From: Halarcobacter sp.
Lineage (GTDB): Bacteria > Campylobacterota > Campylobacteria > Campylobacterales > Arcobacteraceae
Reading direction: 5' to 3'
NCBI GenBank assembly: GCA_048571215.1
Contig: CP182352.1
Location: forward strand, 2,560,001 to 2,624,000
Length of the DNA stretch: 64,000 bases
The notes below the pieces were generated by a model that ran no database searches, was not told the DNA's origin, and was given only the letters and a program-made list of their open reading frames with translations. Within the stretch, counting starts at the first letter, position 1, and the number at the start of each line of letters is the position of its first letter. Below are positions 30,146-39,391 of this stretch, in pieces. The translations under genes and the position numbers were made by a program.

Positions 30146-30976
30146 TTATGATTTTTTTAAAATAAATAGAGATTTTATAAAAGAGTAGAGAAAAAATAGA
30201 AAAACTAAAGGCAATAATATTGTTTGAAATATAAAGACTATAATCAAATCAATAATATAATCACTAGAGTTGTCAACAGCATTTCTATACTCCTCAACTT
30301 TTTTTTCATAATAGCTTGAGTCAAACTTTTCAATAACCTTATTTATAAAAGAGTTATTACTTTTTTGATTTATAGTCTCTTTTGTTACCTTACTAACATC
30401 ATCTTTTACTTTCACTATATTATTATTTAGCACTTCTATATTATATTCTGGCTTTACAAAATAGTTATAAGATAGATTATTAATATATGCTATTAGGGGA
30501 ATAGAAAGCCTTAAAAAAAGAAGGATAAAAGTTACTTTAAAAAATATTCCCCTTAGTTTTTCATCTTTTTTAAACCTTTTAAATAACCAGATATTAAAAA
30601 CTATTACAAAAAAAAGTAAAAGATAATTATATACCTCATTTGTAACAAAATTTAATAATATCTTTTGAATCCCCAAAGAGGTAATACAAGCTAGCATCAC
30701 CAAAGAAAACTGTTCTACTAGATCATTTATAGGGTCAAGAACCTCACCAATTGCAATTATAATAAAGGGTAAATCAAGTTGTGTACCTTGAGCTAGTGAA
30801 ATAACTGCATTTAAAGCCTTTGCACTTCCAAATACAATAACTGCTTGGGTAAAGGAGTCGTCAACTAAAGCCTTAGCACTATGATCAAAGCTAAAAAAAT
30901 TTGATACAATTAAAGCAAATAGTGATAGAAACAGTAGTAAAAATTTATTCCAGTTTTCAATTAAAAAAGTTTTCAT
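30146..30976 (-). CDS. Hypothetical integral membrane protein
   Basis: Several TM segments and a conserved-looking IGEVLDPINDLVEQFS block. Confidence 0.75.
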   Translation of the reverse strand: MKTFLIENWNKFLLLFLSLFALIVSNFFSFDHSAKALVDDSFTQAVIVFGSAKALNAVISLAQGTQLDLPFIIIAIGEVLDPINDLVEQFSLVMLACITSLGIQKILLNFVTNEVYNYLLLFFVIVFNIWLFKRFKKDEKLRGIFFKVTFILLFLRLSIPLIAYINNLSYNYFVKPEYNIEVLNNNIVKVKDDVSKVTKETINQKSNNSFINKVIEKFDSSYYEKKVEEYRNAVDNSSDYIIDLIIVFIFQTILLPLVFLFFLYSFIKSLFILKKS

Positions 30977-31011
30977 AAAAAATTATAGCTAATTTATTTG
31001 ATGGTATAGAT

Positions 31012-32259
31012 TTAATTATTAGAAAGAATTTTATCCATATAACTCATCTTCATAAACTCTTCCATTTGATTATTTGAAGAGTATTCATATCCAAATACCT
31101 CTTTCCATAAAGATTCATCTTCCATACAAAGATAAAAATATACATCTTTATGCCATGGTTTAAAAGTTTCATAAGCTGACTTAAACATCTCTTTTTTTAT
31201 ATCAAGTGGATAAGATTGTTTTCCATTTGCATCAATAAATGGCATTTGAAGAATTTTTGATTTAAAGTTTCTTGATCTTATTTTTTGAATAACGGGCTTA
31301 ATAAAGGTTAATGTTCCAAAAGATACTAAGGCAACTTTTTTTGAATCAAAAGTATCAAGCAAAGTTTTATAAACCTCTTCATACTCCTTTAAATAATTAT
31401 CATAATGAACAATTGGGTGAAAATGAAAACCTACTAAGACACCTTTATCACTCACTTTTTTTGCAGCTTCAATTCTTTGATTTAAAGATGCAGCTAGATG
31501 TTCTTCATTATCACAAATTGTTTGAGTATTTAAAGACCAAGTACAGATTATATTTTTAGGAACTTCATTTTCTAAAAAGTATTTTATATTATTTGATTTT
31601 GTTTTAAACTCTAAAATCACATTTGGATTTTCCCTTGCAAAATCAAATAAAGCATCTAAAATCCCCTCTTTATTTCCCCACATAAGTGAATCAGAACTTT
31701 GTCCTGTTCCTATATGGTAAGTTTCATTTGGGTCTAATTTTAGATTTTTTAGATTTTTTTTAAAGTTTTTATCAAAACCTATTTTATCTTGATTATAAAA
31801 AGATTGAATAGAACAATATGAACAATCAAAACCACAAGATTGCACTGCATCAAGAGTTAAAAGATTACAACATCTAGTATTAGGACTTGCAACAGGACAT
31901 GAGCCTAGTGCTGTTTTATCTCCTTCAAAAGTATGAAAACTAAATTTTCGCACATCATCTTTATAAAGCTCTTTTGTAAATTTTGTATATGAGTTAGGTT
32001 TGTTTTTAAACTCTTGCCAAGTTTTTCTTATATCATTAAAAGCATTTTTCCTACTTGGATACTCTTCTTTAAAAAGCTCAGATATATCGTTTTCATGCCA
32101 CATTTTAAAATCAATTGCAAAATCAATTATCTGTTTTAACTCTTGAAAAGAGAACTGATACTCTAAAGCTTTTTGTTTTATAAACTCTTGATTATCTAAA
32201 GATAGTTTTTTAAAATTTGTTTTTTCAATAGACTCTTGAAATTTTTGTAAATAACTCAT
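31012..32259 (-). CDS. Spore photoproduct lyase (SPL)-family radical SAM protein
   Basis: CGFDCSYC, GTGQSSDS, LEFKTKS, WSLNT, RIEAAK, HFHP, YLCME. ATG at 32259 overlaps the upstream TGA (ATGA). Confidence 0.85.
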   Translation of the reverse strand: MSYLQKFQESIEKTNFKKLSLDNQEFIKQKALEYQFSFQELKQIIDFAIDFKMWHENDISELFKEEYPSRKNAFNDIRKTWQEFKNKPNSYTKFTKELYKDDVRKFSFHTFEGDKTALGSCPVASPNTRCCNLLTLDAVQSCGFDCSYCSIQSFYNQDKIGFDKNFKKNLKNLKLDPNETYHIGTGQSSDSLMWGNKEGILDALFDFARENPNVILEFKTKSNNIKYFLENEVPKNIICTWSLNTQTICDNEEHLAASLNQRIEAAKKVSDKGVLVGFHFHPIVHYDNYLKEYEEVYKTLLDTFDSKKVALVSFGTLTFIKPVIQKIRSRNFKSKILQMPFIDANGKQSYPLDIKKEMFKSAYETFKPWHKDVYFYLCMEDESLWKEVFGYEYSSNNQMEEFMKMSYMDKILSNN

Positions 32260-32792
32260 AAATATTTTTTCCAAGAATTTAGTGAATTTTGAATCAACTC
32301 AATAACAAAGGCTTTTTTAGGGATAGTTGTATCTAAATAATCTGATACAACTTTAAAAACATAAATCTCATTACAATCTTTTTTACAAATCTCTAAAAAA
32401 TATTTTGATTCCATATCTACTAAAAGTGTTTCTAGATTTTCATCACTTTCCAAAGGAGTATCAACTGTAGTTATAGGGGCAAAGTTTATCCTAGGAAGAA
32501 GTTTATTTGTACAAAATAGTGTACCAATTTTAACACTACTATCACAACAAGCTGCAATACCTATATTGATAGCTTTACCTATTTTATAATTTTCAAATAC
32601 AAATTTTAAAGATTTTTTACAATTTTCTTTCCCAATACCTGAAACTAGTAAAATATATGAACTCTCTTCATTGGTAAAAAGTTTTGTATTTTTAGGTAAA
32701 TTTTGAACAGAATTGTCCTGTTTTAGTTTTAAAAAGTTAATTAAAGGCTGTGCTTCTGAAAGTAGTGCTGTGTAGATTAATGTTTGAAACAT
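32256..32792 (-). CDS. Short nucleoside phosphorylase (PNP/MTAN)-fold protein
   Basis: TALLSEA, SGIGK, INIGIAA, VDMES, KVVSD. Confidence 0.8.
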   Translation of the reverse strand: MFQTLIYTALLSEAQPLINFLKLKQDNSVQNLPKNTKLFTNEESSYILLVSGIGKENCKKSLKFVFENYKIGKAINIGIAACCDSSVKIGTLFCTNKLLPRINFAPITTVDTPLESDENLETLLVDMESKYFLEICKKDCNEIYVFKVVSDYLDTTIPKKAFVIELIQNSLNSWKKYL

Positions 32793-32825
32793 GCAAGTAA
32801 AACTAAGGCCTTAGCCTTAGTTAGA

Positions 32826-33182
32826 TTACTTTTTAAGTTCTTTAATTCTTGCAGCTTTTCCAGTAAGACCTCTAAGATAGTGAAGTTTAGCTCTTCTAAC
32901 TTTACCTCTTCTAATCACTTCAAAAGATTTTAAAGACTCTGAATATAATGGGAAAATTCTCTCCACACCAACAGAGTTAGCTCCAATTTTTCTAACTGTA
33001 AAAGTAGAATCAATACCATTTCCACTTCTTGCTATAACAATACCTTCGAAAGTTTGAACTCTTTTTTTCTCACCCTCTTTAATCTCAACACCAAGTCTAA
33101 CAGTATCACCTGCTCTAAATTGTGGAATCTCTTTTTCTGCAATTTGCGCTGCTTCAAAGCTCGCAATGTATCTATTTTTCAT
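32826..33182 (-). CDS. rplS: 50S ribosomal protein L19
   Basis: Start MKNRY at 33182. Motifs [22 protein letters not shown]. Confidence 0.98.
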   Translation of the reverse strand: MKNRYIASFEAAQIAEKEIPQFRAGDTVRLGVEIKEGEKKRVQTFEGIVIARSGNGIDSTFTVRKIGANSVGVERIFPLYSESLKSFEVIRRGKVRRAKLHYLRGLTGKAARIKELKK

Positions 33183-33196
33183 TATATTTCCCTTTG

Positions 33197-33233
33197 GTGA
33201 AAGTGCCCGCATTTGCAAGTTGCGGGGTATCAC
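33197..33233 (-). promoter_or_regulatory. GC-rich stem-loop between trmD and rplS
   Basis: CCCGCA (33206-33211) pairs with TGCGGG (33221-33226). Outer GTGA/TCAC pair. Confidence 0.55.
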
Positions 33234-33237
33234 ACTT

Positions 33238-33927
33238 CTATTTTGTTTTTTTATTTGTGACTAAACCTGGTCTATAATATCTTGTTTTGCAAATAGCCAG
33301 ATTATTTTTCAAGTCGGCAATTTTACTATGATTTCCCTTTAAGAATTCTTTAACTACACTTAAATTTTGGAAATTTTCAGGTTTCGTAAAAGATGGAGCT
33401 TCTAAAAGATTATTTTCATAACTTTCCATCACTAAAGAATCAGCATTTCCAAGTACACCTTCAACATTTCTAGAAATAGCATCTGCCATGACTAAAGATG
33501 GCAACTCTCCACCTGTAAGTATAAATTCACCTATACTAAACACTTCATTTGCATATTTTTCTATAACTCTCTCATCAATTCCTTCATATCTTCCACTTAC
33601 AAAAACAATATTTTTTTTCTTTGCCAATCTTTTTGCATCATTTTGTCTAAATGGTTTTGCAGCTGCTAAAGGAAATATAATATATGCATCTTTATTCTCT
33701 TTTTTTATTGTGTCTAAACAATCAAATAAGGGTTGTGGGGTCATTAACATTCCTGCACCTCCACCTATCATTTGTTTATCAACCTTATTGTGTTTATTTG
33801 TTGTAAAATCTCTTGGATTATAAAATTCATAATTTATAAATCCTGATTCAACTGCTCTTTTTAAAATTGAATCATGAAAATAATACTCTATTAAATTTGG
33901 GAATAATGTTACAAAACTAAATTTCAA
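33238..33927 (-). CDS. trmD: tRNA (guanine37-N1)-methyltransferase
   Basis: [30 protein letters not shown]. Confidence 0.97.
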   Translation of the reverse strand: MKFSFVTLFPNLIEYYFHDSILKRAVESGFINYEFYNPRDFTTNKHNKVDKQMIGGGAGMLMTPQPLFDCLDTIKKENKDAYIIFPLAAAKPFRQNDAKRLAKKKNIVFVSGRYEGIDERVIEKYANEVFSIGEFILTGGELPSLVMADAISRNVEGVLGNADSLVMESYENNLLEAPSFTKPENFQNLSVVKEFLKGNHSKIADLKNNLAICKTRYYRPGLVTNKKTK

Positions 33928-34023
33928 TTTCTTACCTATAATATTTTTTGAAAACTTATTATATTCATTTTTATTTAATATTAAGCATAGTTGATTTATA
34001 TTTCATTTTATAAAGGTGTATTA

Positions 34024-34386
34024 TTGAAGTATTTAAGAGGTTTTAGAAAAAACTATTTTTCATTGTCAGCAATTACTGCTTTTTCTACTGCAAAAAAATT
34101 GCAGGATAAATTGTTGCACTTTAAAAAATCAAACTTTTTCTCTTTTTCATATGATTCTAAGGAAGAGGAATCTCCCCCTGATGATGAGTTACTACTACAA
34201 ACATCTTGCCTAACATTAAGCAATAAACCATGCCATTGTGATTGTGTATTTAGATTAAAAACAAAATTAGCAATTGTAAATTTCAAATTTATTCCAAGAT
34301 GTCCTTTTTATACCACTTATTTTGCATTTAGAAGAACTGGTGTTCACCCTCCATTTAATTTATCCCAAAATCACATAAACAAATAA
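34024..34386 (+). CDS. Putative leader ORF (uORF) of metE with a C-terminal RRTGVHPP motif
   Basis: AAAGG SD at 34012-34016 and TTG at 34024 give 120 aa. Stop lies 20 nt before the metE ATG. Confidence 0.6.
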   Translation: MKYLRGFRKNYFSLSAITAFSTAKKLQDKLLHFKKSNFFSFSYDSKEEESPPDDELLLQTSCLTLSNKPCHCDCVFRLKTKLAIVNFKFIPRCPFYTTYFAFRRTGVHPPFNLSQNHINK

Positions 34387-34406
34387 AAATAAATAAAGGA
34401 TAAATA

Positions 34407-36686
34407 ATGTCTACAAAAAGTTATGTTGTAGGTTTTCCAAGAATAGGAGAACAAAGAGAGTTAAAAAAAGCACTAGAAAGCTTTTGGTCAAAAAAATCTA
34501 GTTTTGAAGAACTAGAAAAAGTTGCTAGCAAGCTAAAAAAAAGACACTGGGAGTATCAAAAAAAAGCAGGTATTGAATATATAAGTTCAAATGACTTTTC
34601 TTTATATGACAATATATTAGATACTTGCATTATGTTAAATGCCATACCAAAAAGATTTCAAAATTTAAAAGCTGAGGAGCTTTATTTTTCTATGGCAAGA
34701 GGTAATAAAGATTGTGTAGCAATGGAGATGACAAAATGGTTTAATACAAACTACCATTATATAGTCCCAGAGCTTAGTTTAGAAGATCAATATAAACTAA
34801 ATGCTTCAAAAATAATAAATGAATACAATGAAGCAAAACAACATGGTATAAAAACAAAAATCAATTTAATTGGTCCTATCACATTTTTAGGACTATCAAA
34901 AAGAGTTGATGGTGGAGATACGTTTGAGTTATTATCAAAAATTATTCCTGTTTATATTGAACTTTTAAAAAAGATTTCAAAACTTGATGAAATTGTAACA
35001 GTTCAGATTGATGAACCACTATTATCAAAAGATAATAAAGAAAAAGTGTTAAGTTTAATAAAACCAAGTTATGATAACTTAGGAACTGTTGCAAACAATA
35101 TTAAACTAATTGTAACTACATACTTTGAACACTCAAATGAAGCTACAAAAATCTTAATCAATACTCCAATATGGGCACTTGGTTTAGACTTTTTATATGG
35201 AAAAAACAATTTCAAAGTATTAAAAGAGATTGCTTATAGTAATAAAAAACTTATTGCTGGTGTTGTTGATGGAAGAAATATTTGGAAAAATGATATTAAA
35301 AAGACACTAAAGCTTCTTGATCAAATCTCCAAATTTGTTCCTAAAGAGAATATTTATATCTCATCATCTTGTTCACTTTTACATACTCCATATACACTTA
35401 AATATGAAAACAATATGGATAAAAATATTAAAAACTGGCTAAGTTATGCAGTAGAAAAACTTGATGAGATAAATTTAATATCAAAAACCTTTTTTAAAGG
35501 TTCTGATAAGTTATCTTCAGATGAACAAAGAGCTTTTATTGAAAACGTAAAAATAAATGAGAGTAGAAAAACCTCTGAACTAATTCATAATAAAGAGGTT
35601 CAAAATAGAGTTGCTAATTTTAAAAAACTATCAAGAGATGGAGATTTTAATGAAAGAATTAAAATCCAAAAAGAACTTTTACAATATGAAGACTTAGCAA
35701 CTACAACTATTGGTTCATTTCCCCAAACTCTAGAAGTTAGAAAATCAAGAAGGGATTATAAAAATAAAGAGATCTCTTATGAAAGCTATGAAAAAGATAT
35801 GAAAAACTATATTGATGATTGCATTGCATTTCAAGAGGAGTGTGGACTTGAAGTTTTAGTTCATGGGGAACCAGAAAGAAATGATATGGTTGAATATTTT
35901 GGTGAACAATTAGATGGTTTTGCCTTTTCTCAAAATGCTTGGGTACAATCTTATGGTAGTAGATGTGTAAAGCCCCCATTTATTTTTGGAGATATTAGTA
36001 GACCTAAAGCTATGACAGTGGACTGGATTACCTATGCTCAAAGTAAAACTTCAAAAATTATGAAAGGGATGTTAACAGGTCCTGTTACAATTCTTAATTG
36101 GTCATTTGTAAGAGATGATATGCCAAGAAGCGAAGTTTCAAAACAAATTGCTATTGCACTTAGTGATGAGATTGATGATTTACAAAAAGCTGGAATAAAA
36201 ATCATTCAAGTTGATGAAGCTGCTTTTAAAGAAGGATACCCTTTAAGAAAAGAAAATATAAAAGCTTATGAAGATTGGGCAGTTAGAGATTTTAAGATTT
36301 CAGTTAGTAGTGCTAAGAGACAAACACAAATACATACACATATGTGTTACAGTGAGTTTAATGATATTATAAAAACAATCGAAGCTATGGATGCAGATGT
36401 TATTTCAATTGAGACTGCAAGAAGTGGGAATGAACTACTTAAAATTTTTAAAGAAGTGGGATATAAACAAGAAGTTGGTCCAGGAATTTATGATATTCAC
36501 TCTCCAAGAGTTCCAAGTGTTGATGAGATGGTAAAACAGATTAAACTATTATTAGAAGTATTACCAAAAGAACAATTATGGATAAATCCAGATTGTGGTT
36601 TGAAAACAAGAAAATGGGAAGAGGTAAACTTGAGTTTAAAAAATATGGTTGAAGCTGTAAAAATAATAAGAAAGGATTATAGATAG
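34407..36686 (+). CDS. metE: Cobalamin-independent methionine synthase
   Basis: GFPRIG, TKWFNTNYHY, TTTIGSFPQT, HGEPERNDMV, HTHMCY, NPDCGLKTR. Confidence 0.98.
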   Translation: MSTKSYVVGFPRIGEQRELKKALESFWSKKSSFEELEKVASKLKKRHWEYQKKAGIEYISSNDFSLYDNILDTCIMLNAIPKRFQNLKAEELYFSMARGNKDCVAMEMTKWFNTNYHYIVPELSLEDQYKLNASKIINEYNEAKQHGIKTKINLIGPITFLGLSKRVDGGDTFELLSKIIPVYIELLKKISKLDEIVTVQIDEPLLSKDNKEKVLSLIKPSYDNLGTVANNIKLIVTTYFEHSNEATKILINTPIWALGLDFLYGKNNFKVLKEIAYSNKKLIAGVVDGRNIWKNDIKKTLKLLDQISKFVPKENIYISSSCSLLHTPYTLKYENNMDKNIKNWLSYAVEKLDEINLISKTFFKGSDKLSSDEQRAFIENVKINESRKTSELIHNKEVQNRVANFKKLSRDGDFNERIKIQKELLQYEDLATTTIGSFPQTLEVRKSRRDYKNKEISYESYEKDMKNYIDDCIAFQEECGLEVLVHGEPERNDMVEYFGEQLDGFAFSQNAWVQSYGSRCVKPPFIFGDISRPKAMTVDWITYAQSKTSKIMKGMLTGPVTILNWSFVRDDMPRSEVSKQIAIALSDEIDDLQKAGIKIIQVDEAAFKEGYPLRKENIKAYEDWAVRDFKISVSSAKRQTQIHTHMCYSEFNDIIKTIEAMDADVISIETARSGNELLKIFKEVGYKQEVGPGIYDIHSPRVPSVDEMVKQIKLLLEVLPKEQLWINPDCGLKTRKWEEVNLSLKNMVEAVKIIRKDYR

Positions 36687-36763
36687 GGGTCTTTCCCCTC
36701 TATCTAAAAATAGTTTTTATGATATTAAAAACTATTTTTAGATATTATAAAAGGCAATAAAAA

Positions 36764-37984
36764 ATGAGAAGAAAAAATATGATAACACTAAACAGTATAA
36801 AACAAGCGAAAAAAGCTTTAGAGAACATTGTTCAAAACACTCCGATAAATAAAGCTCCAATTTTAAGTAAAACATTCAATAGTGAAATATACTTAAAAAA
36901 AGAGAACTTACAATTAACAGGAAGTTTTAAATTAAGAGGAGCATTTAATAGAGTTGCAAACCTCAGTCAAGAGAAAAAAGATAAAGGTGTAGTTGCTGCA
37001 AGTGCAGGAAATCATGCACAAGGTTTAGCCTTCGCAGCTCAATATTTTAATTGTGAGGCAACTATTTTTATGCCAGAGGCAACACCTCTTACAAAAGTAA
37101 GTGGGGTAAAATCATATGGGGCGAATGTTGTACTTACAGGTGAAAATTTTGATGAAGCCTATGAAGCAGCTATGGAATTTACACAAAAACACAATAAGGA
37201 GTTTATCCACCCTTTTGCTGATGATGATGTTATAGCTGGGCAAGGAACAATAGCCTTAGAAATTTTAGAAAAAATTCCAGACTTAAAACAACTTGTCGTA
37301 CCAATTGGTGGAGGTGGTCTTATCTCTGGAATTGCAATTGCTGCAAAAAGTATAAACCCAGATATAAAAATTATTGGAGTTGTTGCAAGTGGTGCTATAG
37401 GTATGAAAGAATCGTATAAGGCACAAATGCCTATTGACTCATCATATGTAAGAACCATTGCTGATGGGATTGCAGTTAGGGATGTAACTCCAAAACTACT
37501 TGATATTATTATCGATTATGTTGATCATATTGTAGATGTAAATGATAATGAGATAGCAAATGCAATTTTATTTTTACTAGAACGTCATAAATTAGTAGTT
37601 GAAGGGGCTGGTGCTGTAGCAACTGCTGCAATTATGCATGAAAAAATTGATATAGAAGATTCAAAAGTTTGTGCCTTAATTAGTGGAGGAAATATTGATG
37701 TTACAATGCTTTCACAAATTATCGAAAAAGGTTTGGTTAAATCAAATAGAAAAATGAATCTAATAGTAACACTTATGGATAAACCTGGTGCATTAATGAA
37801 ACTAACTGATATTTTTGCCCAATGTTCTGCAAATATTGTACAAATAGATTACGATAGAGACTCGATAAAACTGGAGTTTGGAGAGGCTCATGTAACAATC
37901 GCCTTAGAAACAAAAGGGGAAGAACACCAAAAAGAGATAAGGGAAAAATTGAAACAAAATGGTTACAGATTTAAACAAATCTAA
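36764..37984 (+). CDS. ilvA: Threonine ammonia-lyase with ACT domain
   Basis: ENLQLTGSFKLRGA, SAGNHAQG, PIGGGGL, SGGN. Confidence 0.95.
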   Translation: MRRKNMITLNSIKQAKKALENIVQNTPINKAPILSKTFNSEIYLKKENLQLTGSFKLRGAFNRVANLSQEKKDKGVVAASAGNHAQGLAFAAQYFNCEATIFMPEATPLTKVSGVKSYGANVVLTGENFDEAYEAAMEFTQKHNKEFIHPFADDDVIAGQGTIALEILEKIPDLKQLVVPIGGGGLISGIAIAAKSINPDIKIIGVVASGAIGMKESYKAQMPIDSSYVRTIADGIAVRDVTPKLLDIIIDYVDHIVDVNDNEIANAILFLLERHKLVVEGAGAVATAAIMHEKIDIEDSKVCALISGGNIDVTMLSQIIEKGLVKSNRKMNLIVTLMDKPGALMKLTDIFAQCSANIVQIDYDRDSIKLEFGEAHVTIALETKGEEHQKEIREKLKQNGYRFKQI

Positions 37985-38077
37985 AAACTCTTAAGTACAT
38001 TTATAATAAATTTAGTTAATAGAATATATAATGCCCCATATATTTAGTCAAAGTAACAAACACAAAAAAGGAAAAAG

Positions 38078-38761
38078 ATGGAAGGAAGACTGTTTACATT
38101 CTTAGGTGCAATTGGTGGTCACGGACAAGAATGGATAATCTTATCGCACTATATTTTAGTGTTAGGTATCGTTTTCTTATTAGCTAGAGCTGCTACTAAG
38201 AAGATGCAATTAGTTCCAACTGGAGCTCAAAATGTAATGGAAACATTCATTGGTGGTGTTATTAGCATGGGTGCTGATACTATGGGAGAAGAAAATGCAA
38301 GAAGATATTTACCATTAATTGGTTCTTTAGCATTAGTAATTGTTATTGCTAACCTTATGGGTGTTGTACCAGGTTTTGAATCGCCAACTGCGAATATCAA
38401 CTTTACATTATCTTTAGCGTTAATTGTATTTGTTTATTATAACTACTTAGGTATCAAGAAAAATGGTTTTGCTGGTTATTTTGGTCACTTTATGGGACCT
38501 ATGCCTATATTAGCACCATTAATGTTCCCTATTGAAATTATCTCTCACTTATCAAGAATCATCTCATTGTCATTTAGACTTTTTGGTTCAATTAGAGGGG
38601 ATGATATGTTTACTATGGTACTTCTAATGTTAGTACCTTGGTTAGTTCCAATCTCAGGATTCTTTTTATTAACAGCATTTGCTTTCTTACAAGCATTTAT
38701 TTTCAGTATTTTAACATACGTTTATATTGCTGGTTCTATTATGATGGAAGAAGAGCACTAA
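38078..38761 (+). CDS. atpB: F0F1 ATP synthase subunit a
   Basis: PIEIISHLSRIISLSFRLFG, LQAFIFSILT. Confidence 0.96.
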   Translation: MEGRLFTFLGAIGGHGQEWIILSHYILVLGIVFLLARAATKKMQLVPTGAQNVMETFIGGVISMGADTMGEENARRYLPLIGSLALVIVIANLMGVVPGFESPTANINFTLSLALIVFVYYNYLGIKKNGFAGYFGHFMGPMPILAPLMFPIEIISHLSRIISLSFRLFGSIRGDDMFTMVLLMLVPWLVPISGFFLLTAFAFLQAFIFSILTYVYIAGSIMMEEEH

Positions 38762-38786
38762 GCTTACAGCAAATTATCTTTAGTGT

Positions 38787-38820
38787 AAAAGGAAGAGGTT
38801 TTACCTCTTCCTTTTTTTTT
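38787..38820 (+). terminator. Intrinsic terminator of atpB
   Basis: GGAAGAGGT-ttt-ACCTCTTCC followed by T9. Confidence 0.9.
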
Positions 38821-38839
38821 GCAATAAAAAAGGTAAAAA

Positions 38840-39391
38840 ATGATTAGGTATTTAATAACTGACCCCAAATACTACTCAAATGATAAAAATATATTTGAAC
38901 AAAAACTAAAGAAAGCATTAACAAAAAATATTGACATGGCTTGTTTTAGAGATAAAAGCTCCTCAAACTTTGAAGAGTTAGCAGAAGTTTTTATAAAAGT
39001 TTGTAAAGAAAAAAATATACAACAATACTTAATAAACTCAAATATCACCCTTGCAAAAAAACTAAATGCAACAGGGGTACACTTAAACTCAAAACAGTTT
39101 GATAAAATCAAAGAAGCAAAAAATTTAGAACTTTTTACAATAATCTCTTGTCATAATGAAGATGAGATTAAAAAAGCACTTGATAATAATATAGATGCAA
39201 TAACATACTCACCTATTTTTTTCACCCCAAATAAAGGTAAAGCAAAAGGGATTGAAAATTTAGAATATATTATATCAAAGTACAAAGAGCTAAAAATCAT
39301 CGCCCTTGGGGGAATTATTGATGAAAATCATATAAAACAGATAAAAGCTAGCAAAGCTTGCGGTTTTGCCTCAATTAGATATTTTATATAA
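38840..39391 (+). CDS. Thiamine phosphate synthase (ThiE/TenI)-family protein
   Basis: YLITD, GVHL, SCH, SPIF.TPNK, ALGGI. Confidence 0.85.
   Translation: MIRYLITDPKYYSNDKNIFEQKLKKALTKNIDMACFRDKSSSNFEELAEVFIKVCKEKNIQQYLINSNITLAKKLNATGVHLNSKQFDKIKEAKNLELFTIISCHNEDEIKKALDNNIDAITYSPIFFTPNKGKAKGIENLEYIISKYKELKIIALGGIIDENHIKQIKASKACGFASIRYFI

Noticed and set aside
33930..34406. SAM or cobalamin riboswitch upstream of metE
   Set aside because: I saw no SAM-I/II core, B12 box or GC-rich multi-stem structure. The region reads as an ORF. An Infernal/Rfam scan would settle it.
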